From Bacteriovoracaceae bacterium (GTDB lineage Bacteria > Bdellovibrionota > Bacteriovoracia > Bacteriovoracales > Bacteriovoracaceae): a DNA stretch of 14,632 nt. The position numbers and the translations under genes are program-made. Below are positions 7,001 through 14,344 of this stretch, piece after piece. The DNA is taken from positions 1 to 14,632 of the forward strand of contig JBLWTJ010000007.1 in the NCBI GenBank assembly GCA_048270185.1, written 5' to 3'. The notes beneath the pieces were generated by a model that saw only the letters and a list, made by a program, of their open reading frames with translations, made no database searches and had not been told where the DNA came from. Each line of letters starts with the position of its first letter. Position 1 is the stretch's first letter.

Positions 7001-8110
7001 TTATAGTTCAATTACTTCATTCTGATCTATAGGTGTCAATAGCTTGAGATATGCATTACTAGGGTCATATATAGGAAGTTTTGACTCTTTAATCTTGCTC
7101 TTATCATACATTGAATCTTCCGTGTCATTGTCGTTTTTATCGAGCTTTACAATAGAATTATGTGTGAATAAATATGGTACGTTAAGATTTTTAATAAAAC
7201 GAACCTCATCAACTTTATCGAGAAGTATTTCTGGGCTGATTGCCATCAATCTATCACAAAATCTTGGATTATATTCCTCATCACTTAATACAACATCACA
7301 CTCAATAAATGTTTTTGATTGAATCTGAAGATCAATTATTGACTTTTCTAAATGTAGGTTTCTAACTCTCTCAAAACCATAAATAGTTAATCCAATCTTC
7401 AAATCATTAACTCTAGATAATCTTTCAATCAAGTTAATAATCATTGGATTAATAAAATCTCTTCTTTCATGATTCTCTAGTGATGAAGGCATTCGTATTA
7501 AATATATTGATTTAGATTCATTTAAAGTATCACCCCATGATTCATTGCTTTCATTAAAGTATGAAGATGATAAATTTTCACTTTTGAGAACTAAATAATT
7601 TTTGAATATCTCAATTTTCTCGACATCCGTAATTTCTTCATTCTCAGATAGAAGCCAAGGGAACTCACTTTGTAAAGAATTAAATGAGTCTAGCCATTGA
7701 TTGGTCGTTTTTGAGTATTTATCGGAACGCAATAATGAAGTAAATGATACATAAGGTGATATGTTTACTTTATGGGATTTAGAGGGGGCGCTTATTGCAT
7801 GATCAAACACATATACATTCTTAGGGTCAGAACAGTTTCTTGACGCTGCTAATGCAACTGAAAACAATAAGTCAGTATCTGTGTCAAAATCTAGAATAAA
7901 GTGCGCATCTAGTTGCTTTGAATACGACTTTGATACCGCATACGAAATAGCCCTGTATTTTGATTCTGGAGTTTTGCTATAGACATAAATAGAATTTTCT
8001 GCACTATCTATCTTCTCTAGCTTATTTTTGTTGTTTGATGAAAAGAACCTATTTAATAGCTTAGAGTCGTTATCTTCTGACAACTTACTATGTATATATA
8101 CAGATTTCAT
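7001..8110 (-). CDS. Hypothetical protein, probable degenerate P-loop ATPase related to type IV coupling proteins (DotL/IcmO, TrbC, TraD)
   Basis: SD AAGGA. IYVYSKTPESKYR sits at the Walker A position, followed by HFILDFDTDTDLL..VALAA....KNVYVFD (cf. FIYVDGKGDxxL...AR..GRxDDxxVINF), SIYLIRMPSSLE (cf. ILVVLLPALE) and DVVLSDEEY (Walker B-like). ORF is solid; family call is tentative. Confidence 0.5.
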   Translation of the reverse strand: MKSVYIHSKLSEDNDSKLLNRFFSSNNKNKLEKIDSAENSIYVYSKTPESKYRAISYAVSKSYSKQLDAHFILDFDTDTDLLFSVALAASRNCSDPKNVYVFDHAISAPSKSHKVNISPYVSFTSLLRSDKYSKTTNQWLDSFNSLQSEFPWLLSENEEITDVEKIEIFKNYLVLKSENLSSSYFNESNESWGDTLNESKSIYLIRMPSSLENHERRDFINPMIINLIERLSRVNDLKIGLTIYGFERVRNLHLEKSIIDLQIQSKTFIECDVVLSDEEYNPRFCDRLMAISPEILLDKVDEVRFIKNLNVPYLFTHNSIVKLDKNDNDTEDSMYDKSKIKESKLPIYDPSNAYLKLLTPIDQNEVIEL

Positions 8111-8142
8111 TTTAATTTCCTTTTGATGTTTTTCTTTATCAC

Positions 8143-8204
8143 ATAATACACTATTAAGAATTAAGGTAAATGCTTTACCGTGACTTAATTAGGTGTGGTA
8201 TAAT
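8143..8204. promoter_or_regulatory. Back-to-back divergent promoters around inverted repeat GGTAAA-tgc-TTTACC
   Basis: - strand TTTACC (8170-8165)-16-TATTAT (8148-8143); + strand extended -10 TGgTATAAT (8196-8204); inverted repeat at 8165-8179. Confidence 0.55.
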
Positions 8205-8231
8205 GCATACATGCAAAACTGGAGATATAAA

Positions 8232-9203
8232 GTGACAGCGCCAAAAGTTTTATTCATAAAAAATGCGGTATCAGAGGAAGTAAAGGAGCTTGCTAAAGAC
8301 ATGGGATATGATCTTCTAGCAGGTGGTAATACTGATAACCCTATAATATATTGTAACCTATCTAATATAGCCAATGACTACATTGAAAAATGGAAGGAAA
8401 ATTGTAAGTTAGCGAATATTAGAAATGTGTACCACGGAACTAATGAATTCTTCACTAGCTTTGAGCACTCATCTGATATTGGTTTTCATTTTGGAACAAA
8501 GTCAGCCGCGTTGAAGCGGCTAAAAAGCATTCCAAGAATGGATGTATCAATTGAAAGAGAAGAGTTTTCTTCTGAAAGTCCATTTGGGATAAGAGCAGGC
8601 GACGAAAATTCTACAGACCTAAGGGTTAAAGCTAAAGCTATAATCATACCAAGACTACAACACCCAAAGCCAGGAATAGTAGACGTTATTAATTCATTGT
8701 CAGATGAAGAACTTAAGCATGAGATTGATAGCTACATCAATCTTCCAATAACTGAAAAGTATAAAACCATGCTTGTTAATATTGGTAAAAAGCCTCAATT
8801 CAATGTTTTAGCTAATGGAGCAGAAATACTTTCCACAGAAGATCGCTTTGTTGCATCTTGTGCTGCCAAGTTTGTGAAAGAATCCGCTGTTAAACGTGCA
8901 AACTTGATTTTACGGAACCCCATTAGGATGAGTGATCTTGGTGTTTGGTCTCCTTTAGATATTGCTAGAGAGGCAAAATTAGATTCATCTCAGGTTGATA
9001 AAATCATGTCACAGACGAATCTAGAGGAAAAGTACTCTCAGCTAAAGAGAATATTCCTCGATATGGGCGTTGATGGCATCATTTATAAAAATGAGGTAGA
9101 AGATTCAGGTATAGATAGCTACATAGTATTTAGCGAAGACCAAATCGTTATTACCTCAGAGTTTGACATAACACTGTCAAATGAGCCTCGGTTTGTCAGA
9201 TAA
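8232..9203 (+). CDS. ADP-ribosyltransferase-fold protein, ART-PolyVal-like
   Basis: VYHGT..F.SF, GFHFGT...A, NLILRNP, GVDGIIYKN, SYIVFSEDQI are the ordered motifs of ART-PolyVal. Start uncertain: GTG 8232 has SD GGAG (8221-8224); ATG 8211 would be leaderless; GTG 8193 overlaps the -10 element. Confidence 0.75.
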   Translation: MTAPKVLFIKNAVSEEVKELAKDMGYDLLAGGNTDNPIIYCNLSNIANDYIEKWKENCKLANIRNVYHGTNEFFTSFEHSSDIGFHFGTKSAALKRLKSIPRMDVSIEREEFSSESPFGIRAGDENSTDLRVKAKAIIIPRLQHPKPGIVDVINSLSDEELKHEIDSYINLPITEKYKTMLVNIGKKPQFNVLANGAEILSTEDRFVASCAAKFVKESAVKRANLILRNPIRMSDLGVWSPLDIAREAKLDSSQVDKIMSQTNLEEKYSQLKRIFLDMGVDGIIYKNEVEDSGIDSYIVFSEDQIVITSEFDITLSNEPRFVR

Positions 9204-9224
9204 AAGGAGAAACTATGTTTCTCC
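9202..9224 (-). terminator. Rho-independent terminator between convergent genes
   Basis: GGAGAAAC-tat-GTTTCTCC with AAAA at 9202-9205 (U tract on - strand). Confidence 0.65.
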
Positions 9225-9228
9225 AATA

Positions 9229-9603
9229 TCAATGTGTTTCTTTATGTTTCTCGTATTCTGATTCTCTTTCTCTTAATCTTGCTAAGCAACTGTGAAGAGC
9301 AGGAATATTTTCAGCTTCTTTTGCCGAATATGAGATATTTTCAACAGAATCAAAGATGGATGACTCTCTCTCAGAATAACTAGTGTGAGTTTGTCCGTCT
9401 TTTTCCATCGTTAAATAAGCGCAATTTCCACCAACGATGGTCATATAGCGGTCATTGAATGCCTCTCCAACATTCCAGCCGTTGCTAGTAAGTGTTAGCA
9501 GCATTCGCATTCTATAGTATGCAGATTGCTCTGATTTTGAATAGCTAAATTCATCTATGAAGCATGGAACTTTCTTTTTAGAGTTATCTACTAGACTTCC
9601 CAT
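9229..9603 (-). CDS. Hypothetical protein (124 aa)
   Basis: ORF fills the space between the terminator and an AT-rich divergent intergenic region; no motif recognised. Confidence 0.7.
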   Translation of the reverse strand: MGSLVDNSKKKVPCFIDEFSYSKSEQSAYYRMRMLLTLTSNGWNVGEAFNDRYMTIVGGNCAYLTMEKDGQTHTSYSERESSIFDSVENISYSAKEAENIPALHSCLARLRERESEYEKHKETH

Positions 9604-9670
9604 TTTTATTTACTCAATTAATTAATATTGATAGTATGTTACCCAAATCAATTATGAATTGGAATGAAAA

Positions 9671-10249
9671 ATGAACAGAAATCATGCGAATTGGTATTCT
9701 TTGGCAAAGCTTCTTGAGCGCTACGGAAAGCTTTCTGTAGAGTTATGCAATCTATTTATTTTTCATATGGAATGTAAGGTTTTGTACGCTACTGGAACTC
9801 CAAACAATACATTAATAGAATTTGAGATTATTGATCAAAATCTTAGATTTATAGAGAACATTAAAGAAGCCACTTTTGAAAGAGTCTTTAATTTTGAAAA
9901 TGGTTTTGTTGAACTAAAGCCAGATACTGAAAAATTCATAAACGATGAAGATTATGAATGTGAATTCAATCTTTATGTAGAAACAAGTGTGAAACTTAGA
10001 AAAATACTTGCAGCGGAACTTGACGGGCTTCCTAGTGCTGAGGTTAAAGCAATAGAATTTATAAAAAACATGTATATTTCCGATTTCAATATGATTGATT
10101 CAGGCTCGCTGTTCACTTTTTATGACATCTTAAAAATAAGAACGAAAAAATCTGAGATAAACTCTTTAGATTTAGGGCTTTTTGAGCATTTTTCAGAGTT
10201 TTTCTTTCTACAAAGACATCTGGACGAAATTGGTTTTAAGAGCCATTAA
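9671..10249 (+). CDS. Hypothetical protein (192 aa, Glu/Phe-rich)
   Basis: Long ORF in AT-rich DNA, weak SD GGA; no motif recognised. Confidence 0.75.
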   Translation: MNRNHANWYSLAKLLERYGKLSVELCNLFIFHMECKVLYATGTPNNTLIEFEIIDQNLRFIENIKEATFERVFNFENGFVELKPDTEKFINDEDYECEFNLYVETSVKLRKILAAELDGLPSAEVKAIEFIKNMYISDFNMIDSGSLFTFYDILKIRTKKSEINSLDLGLFEHFSEFFFLQRHLDEIGFKSH

Positions 10250-10276
10250 TTTTATTTATGAGATTTTTCTTAGTTT

Positions 10277-10549
10277 TTATTTGCCGTTGAAAATAGCTCT
10301 AGTTCTGTCTCTTTCTTCATTGACCTGGATCATTCCTTTCGCAACCATTACCCCTTGTACATACCCAAGCCAACGATTCATTTTGGTTTCTGATTCTTGT
10401 GCAGGGTCATAAATTTCACAACTAATTACATGAAGCATCCATGACAGGTGACTATTACTCATAGGGTCTTCTGGATTGCACTCGTAGGTTTTGAATGCTT
10501 TGATTTTCTGTAAGTATTGTTTAGCAATTACTTTATGCGGTTCATTCAT
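10277..10549 (-). CDS. Conserved hypothetical protein of phage/plasmid type (HLxWM...KxxRWLGYVQGV...ERDxTR)
   Basis: 90 aa; the RWLG[FY]VQG pattern is one I recall from small uncharacterised phage proteins. Confidence 0.8.
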   Translation of the reverse strand: MNEPHKVIAKQYLQKIKAFKTYECNPEDPMSNSHLSWMLHVISCEIYDPAQESETKMNRWLGYVQGVMVAKGMIQVNEERDRTRAIFNGK

Positions 10550-10571
10550 TTTGTTAATCTTAGTTTAAATA

Positions 10572-10793
10572 ATGATATTGGTTATTAAAGTGACAGTTTT
10601 ACTTCAAAGCATACCAATAGGTGTGTCATTCTCAGCAATCATTTTGAATGCAATTCTTACATCATACATACTAATGAATTTCAAAACTTTGTATGTAAGG
10701 AAATTACTCGCATTTTATGTTCTAATTTCAGCCATTTTAGGATTTGGCTGGATTGCATTTTTACTAAAAGTTGTCGATAAATTTCTTAGCTAA
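10572..10793 (+). CDS. Small membrane protein (2-3 TM)
   Basis: 73 aa, hydrophobic stretches separated by a basic loop (KTLYVRK). No SD and only 22 nt from the divergent gene, so start or reality is uncertain. Confidence 0.45.
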   Translation: MILVIKVTVLLQSIPIGVSFSAIILNAILTSYILMNFKTLYVRKLLAFYVLISAILGFGWIAFLLKVVDKFLS

Positions 10794-10883
10794 TCATCGG
10801 TATTATAGCAAAAAATATTGAAATAAAACCCCAAATTATGGAAAATACTTTTAGTTTATACTTCAGATAAATATGGTAAAGAA

Positions 10884-11243
10884 ATGGAAAAGTTTAAGGT
10901 TAGAAAAGAAACAAAGTTTGTGTTTGCAGTTCAGGTGGGTGTTGAGACATTTTTCTTAAAAGCACAAGCTATACAAGATCCTTATTCGGGTATGTCTTCA
11001 CATGGAAACTTTATTCCAGTCAGAATAGAGGATTACAAGTTTGAACTTGTTAAGGAAGATAAATGTACTTTCTTCAATAATGTATCGGAATTTGTAAAAA
11101 TGCTCATTGAAGATAGACAACTTAAATCGCGATTTGATTCATTGCTAGCTACAAATGGATTGTCTGTTAAAGATGTTGCTCTTCAAGAGATCTATGGTGA
11201 AGAAGTGTCAATTCACACAAATGCACTGAGATACTTAGTTTAA
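10884..11243 (+). CDS. Hypothetical protein (119 aa)
   Basis: ORF ends just before a bidirectional terminator; weak SD GGT. Confidence 0.75.
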   Translation: MEKFKVRKETKFVFAVQVGVETFFLKAQAIQDPYSGMSSHGNFIPVRIEDYKFELVKEDKCTFFNNVSEFVKMLIEDRQLKSRFDSLLATNGLSVKDVALQEIYGEEVSIHTNALRYLV

Positions 11244-11252
11244 TGAATAAAT

Positions 11253-11280
11253 AAAAAACCGAGCCAGGCTCGGTTTTTTT
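11253..11280. terminator. Bidirectional Rho-independent terminator
   Basis: AAAAAACCGAGCC-a-GGCTCGGTTTTTTT between convergent stops. Confidence 0.9.
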
Positions 11281-11677
11281 ATTTCGCAATCCACTGGTGT
11301 TTTCTTTTACTGTTGCCTTTCCAGTTATTTTGGAGCTTGTATGCATAGCTGTCTCCATCGGCAATATCCCAGTATGACTTACAAACTCTCTTACGCTTGA
11401 AGTTGTACTCAGGGTAGTCTAACGCATGACCCAGTCTGGTTCTTAAATCTTGCATTACGCCTTTAGCTGAACGCTTTCTTCCATATGAGCGATTAAAGCC
11501 CAAGTGGTTAGTGTAGCTGTAATTTCGAAAAAGAACTTTGTCAATTTCGATATCTCCAGTAGCTAAATCTTCATCATATTCATAAAAACTAGTAACTCGT
11601 TCTTCATAAACAAAATACGATTTCTTTCTTGCTTCTGGGCGGTTGCAAAAAAACTCAGTGTGTTGACGATTTGCCAT
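11279..11677 (-). CDS. Basic hypothetical protein with KR...WD...WK...KRKHQW C-terminal signature
   Basis: 132 aa, SD AGGAG (11689-11685) 7 nt before ATG. The C-terminal half is rich in Arg, Lys and aromatics and resembles an uncharacterised family I recall (RxKR...WDD...WK...RKxQW). Confidence 0.85.
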   Translation of the reverse strand: MANRQHTEFFCNRPEARKKSYFVYEERVTSFYEYDEDLATGDIEIDKVLFRNYSYTNHLGFNRSYGRKRSAKGVMQDLRTRLGHALDYPEYNFKRKRVCKSYWDIADGDSYAYKLQNNWKGNSKRKHQWIAK

Positions 11678-11682
11678 CTTAT

Positions 11683-11713
11683 ATCTCCTAGTGAGTAACT
11701 ATTACTAGAAGAT
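11683..11713 (-). promoter_or_regulatory. SD-sequestering RNA hairpin (translational attenuator candidate)
   Basis: AUCUUCUAGU (11713-11704) pairs with ACUAGGAGAU (11692-11683): 10 bp with one G-U and an 11-nt loop. The 3' arm contains the whole AGGAG. Confidence 0.7.
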
Positions 11714-11731
11714 GTCTTTTAGATAATACAT
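11705..11731 (-). CDS. Leader peptide uORF MYYLKDIF
   Basis: ATG TAT TAT CTA AAA GAC ATC TTC TAG then TAA TAG; weak SD AGAG (11740-11737); last codons and stop form the 5' arm of the hairpin. Confidence 0.6.
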   Translation of the reverse strand: MYYLKDIF

Positions 11732-11760
11732 GTTTTCTCTAAATTTAATGGATTGACAAA

Positions 11761-11789
11761 ATAATAAAACAAATAAAAAACAACATCAA
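11761..11789 (-). promoter_or_regulatory. sigma70-type promoter for the leader ORF and 132-aa gene
   Basis: TTGATG (11789-11784), 17 bp spacer, TATTAT (11766-11761). Confidence 0.5.
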
Positions 11790-13042
11790 GCCTTATCTTT
11801 AGGTTTTATGTAACCAGGCATTGGAGTCAGACCATTGATAAGTCGCTCGAAGCTGATCTTTTCCTCTTTATCCATAACTTGTTTGACAATGTCACTTACA
11901 TTGTCTTGCATTATTTTCAAATTAGATATCAAATCGGGATTATCAGTATCTGGTACTGTTTGAAGGTATTCAAACGGTCTCGTTCCAAACACATGTCTCT
12001 TGAACTGGTTGTAATAGTGAATCGAAAATCTCATTAATTTATCATCTATCTTATCATCTCTGTAATTGCTAGCAATAAACGCATCCTTAAGCGAGACCAT
12101 AAAATGAGCACGAACAAAATTTTCAAACTTCTGGTTCTGATTTTCCTTCTCTGTCTTCAGTTCATCATCCCATTCTAAAGTGATCCGATTTTCTTCATTT
12201 AAGAAATCTTGGAAAGTTAACTCGTAGAAGTGATCATCACATAAAAACCCATCACCAAACTCTCTAGCTGTATTTTTTTCACATTTGCTGCACTTGGTTG
12301 TTGGTTCTAGAGCAGTGGCTCGTAAACCACAACATTCACACTGAGCATAACCGTCTGTTCTTACGCTACCATGCACTTTTCTATTCCAGTGATGTTCCAC
12401 ACATGCTAGTTGCTTCTGAAATTTTTCCCATGCATTCTTCTCAGCTTCATCGATATCTTTACCTTCTCCACGAATGAAAGTTCCAAATCCGCTAACCTTC
12501 GGGAATGCCTCAAAAAACGCTGTCATATAAGAACCTTTTCCTCTTGATATAACGATACCGCTTTCGCCAGCTTGAAGGTGTGTTTTTCCCCAATCATACC
12601 TGGTTTCGTACTTTCTTGATGCTAGGTTAACTTTAAATGTATTGGTAGTGCCAATTTTCTCACCAAAGCCCGCTGTAGTTGTAATGCCACAATTTGAGCA
12701 TGTGCAAGTACCATCAGAAAAGATTCGCCCCTCCTGCGAAATCGCAGGTACAAACTTTTCGTGATCACAGTTTCTAAATTTTTTGTATTTAAACAAAACA
12801 TCTTCAACAGCTTGACTCAAGATTAAATTCTTTTCACTAGAAACCCAAAAATCTGGAATTTTACTATCATTCTCTGAGGCATATCGAATGCTCGCTTCAA
12901 CCAGCTTTAAGTCATCATTATTAATGACAACCTTAATTCGTTCAGTTGTTTTATGGTTTTTGTTAACTTGTTCCTGAATTACTGACAAGGCGTGTTTGGT
13001 TATAGGGTAATCTGATGTTAGCCCATTTTCTATCGTTATCAC
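11786..13042 (-). CDS. Cys/His-rich (multi Zn-finger) protein, FFEAFP/FIRGEG family, paralogue B
   Basis: Start reassigned from TTG 13072 to GTG 13042: SD GAGGA (13054-13050) overlaps the upstream stop, and the N-terminus MITIE matches the paralogue's MITIK. This gives 418 aa. Confidence 0.85.
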   Translation of the reverse strand: MITIENGLTSDYPITKHALSVIQEQVNKNHKTTERIKVVINNDDLKLVEASIRYASENDSKIPDFWVSSEKNLILSQAVEDVLFKYKKFRNCDHEKFVPAISQEGRIFSDGTCTCSNCGITTTAGFGEKIGTTNTFKVNLASRKYETRYDWGKTHLQAGESGIVISRGKGSYMTAFFEAFPKVSGFGTFIRGEGKDIDEAEKNAWEKFQKQLACVEHHWNRKVHGSVRTDGYAQCECCGLRATALEPTTKCSKCEKNTAREFGDGFLCDDHFYELTFQDFLNEENRITLEWDDELKTEKENQNQKFENFVRAHFMVSLKDAFIASNYRDDKIDDKLMRFSIHYYNQFKRHVFGTRPFEYLQTVPDTDNPDLISNLKIMQDNVSDIVKQVMDKEEKISFERLINGLTPMPGYIKPKDKA

Positions 13043-13052
13043 TTTATATTCC

Positions 13053-14309
13053 TCAATTCTTGATTCCAGCAAATTTTACCCAACCAAGGAACAAAGTTGC
13101 AAATGCCGTTTCATCGTTTTTTGATTTTTTATTGAAATATTCAACCATATTTTTCTCTAAGAATTTCATGTTGTTTTTGAATTCTCGACTACTAATATCA
13201 GGTATTTCTTTAAAGTTTGCATAACCTTTTATTTCGTATATGTGTTTTTTGACGATCTGAATAAAGGTTCTTGTGAGATAAAATGACTCTTCTTTAGAAA
13301 GCATGGTTCCTGATTGTAAGGACTGATCTCTCAGCAGCACGTAAAATTTATTGCTCAAATAGCTCTCGAAGTTTTCACTTTTAAGTTCGTCTTCTGTTTC
13401 TATGGATATTATCGAATCGGGATCTTCATACCTTTCTGTATTGAACTTAACATCATTTTCATATAGCTCATCAAAAGAAAGCTCGTTGTAATGAGCATCA
13501 CAATAAAACTTATCGAGATTCGTTAATTTTGCTGGTGATTTACATATAGTACATTGGGTAGTAGGTTCAAGAGCATGACCAGATAAGGCGCACTTTGTAC
13601 AAGTCGCATATCCATCTTTTCTTTCAACTCGACCATCATTTCTTACCCAATCATGCTCTTTGCATTTCATTTTTTTATTTAACTTTTCGTATGCATCCTG
13701 TTCAGCTTCAACCAAGGTAGAGCCTTCGCCTCTAATGAATGTCTTAACATTGTGTATGGTGGGGAACGCTTCGAAAAATGAAGTAGCATAAGATTTACCT
13801 TTAGAGGCTGAAATAACAACTCCGTTATCACCTCCCTGTATAGAAATACCACTCCAGTTAAATGATGTCGTATAGTATCTCTCCTTAGCTCTTCCAAATG
13901 CGGACAGAAGTATTGTTCTTCTCTCTGAACTTCTATCTTCTACTGAAGGAAGAGTAAGCATTCCGCATTCTGAGCACTCCAATACACCATTTGTAACGAG
14001 GACACCTTCTTTTGTTATGTGCGGTTTCAGATCGCTGTGTTTGCAAGAGCTATATTTCAAATGGGATTCGATAGAAATTTGAATAGCATCTATAATAGAT
14101 TCACTAGAATATTCACTGTTTATAAAGTCTCTCTTAAATCTATTATCATCATTGTATATATGAGTCATGGCATGATATGGCTTGTCATCCTTTTCATGGA
14201 AAGAAATTCCAATATCAATATTATTGTTAAATAGAGCATTAAAATGTTTCGTTAAGTTTTCAACATCTTTGCTTGTGAATGCTTTTCCGTATTTCTTAAT
14301 GGTTATCAT
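13053..14309 (-). CDS. Cys/His-rich (multi Zn-finger) protein, FFEAFP/FIRGEG family, paralogue A
   Basis: 418 aa, SD TAAGGTG. Shares with the neighbour CxH...CSxCG, QxGxxGxVIS, SYxTxFFEAFP, TFIRGEG, EAE, CxEHxWxR, RxDGYAxCxxC, ALEPTTxCxxC and CDxHxxELxF. Confidence 0.9.
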   Translation of the reverse strand: MITIKKYGKAFTSKDVENLTKHFNALFNNNIDIGISFHEKDDKPYHAMTHIYNDDNRFKRDFINSEYSSESIIDAIQISIESHLKYSSCKHSDLKPHITKEGVLVTNGVLECSECGMLTLPSVEDRSSERRTILLSAFGRAKERYYTTSFNWSGISIQGGDNGVVISASKGKSYATSFFEAFPTIHNVKTFIRGEGSTLVEAEQDAYEKLNKKMKCKEHDWVRNDGRVERKDGYATCTKCALSGHALEPTTQCTICKSPAKLTNLDKFYCDAHYNELSFDELYENDVKFNTERYEDPDSIISIETEDELKSENFESYLSNKFYVLLRDQSLQSGTMLSKEESFYLTRTFIQIVKKHIYEIKGYANFKEIPDISSREFKNNMKFLEKNMVEYFNKKSKNDETAFATLFLGWVKFAGIKN

Positions 14310-14319
14310 TTTGCACCTT

Positions 14320-14342
14320 AAAAAAGCCCATCTAGGGCTTTT
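14320..14342 (-). terminator. Rho-independent terminator-like hairpin
   Basis: - strand AAAAGCCC-tagat-GGGCTTTTTT, just after the stop at 14345 and directly before the SD of 13053-14309. Confidence 0.6.
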
Positions 14343-14344
14343 AA

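Noticed and set aside
4594..8374. ORFs 4594-4905, 5948-6319, 6468-6728, 7044-7322 and 8189-8374
   Set aside because: All antisense to better-supported genes.
9204..9295. AAGGAG-aaact-ATG followed by a 26-codon ORF (MFLQYQCVSL...) inside a hairpin
   Set aside because: Looks like a second SD-sequestered gene, but the ORF is the antisense mirror of 9229-9603. The hairpin is adequately explained as the terminator between convergent genes.
11753..11785. Perfect TTGACA on the + strand
   Set aside because: No -10 element at 16-18 bp, only an A-rich run, and it would point antisense into 11786-13042.
13043..13072. TTG start at 13072 from the ORF track
   Set aside because: GTG 13042 has the SD and matches the paralogue's N-terminus and length.
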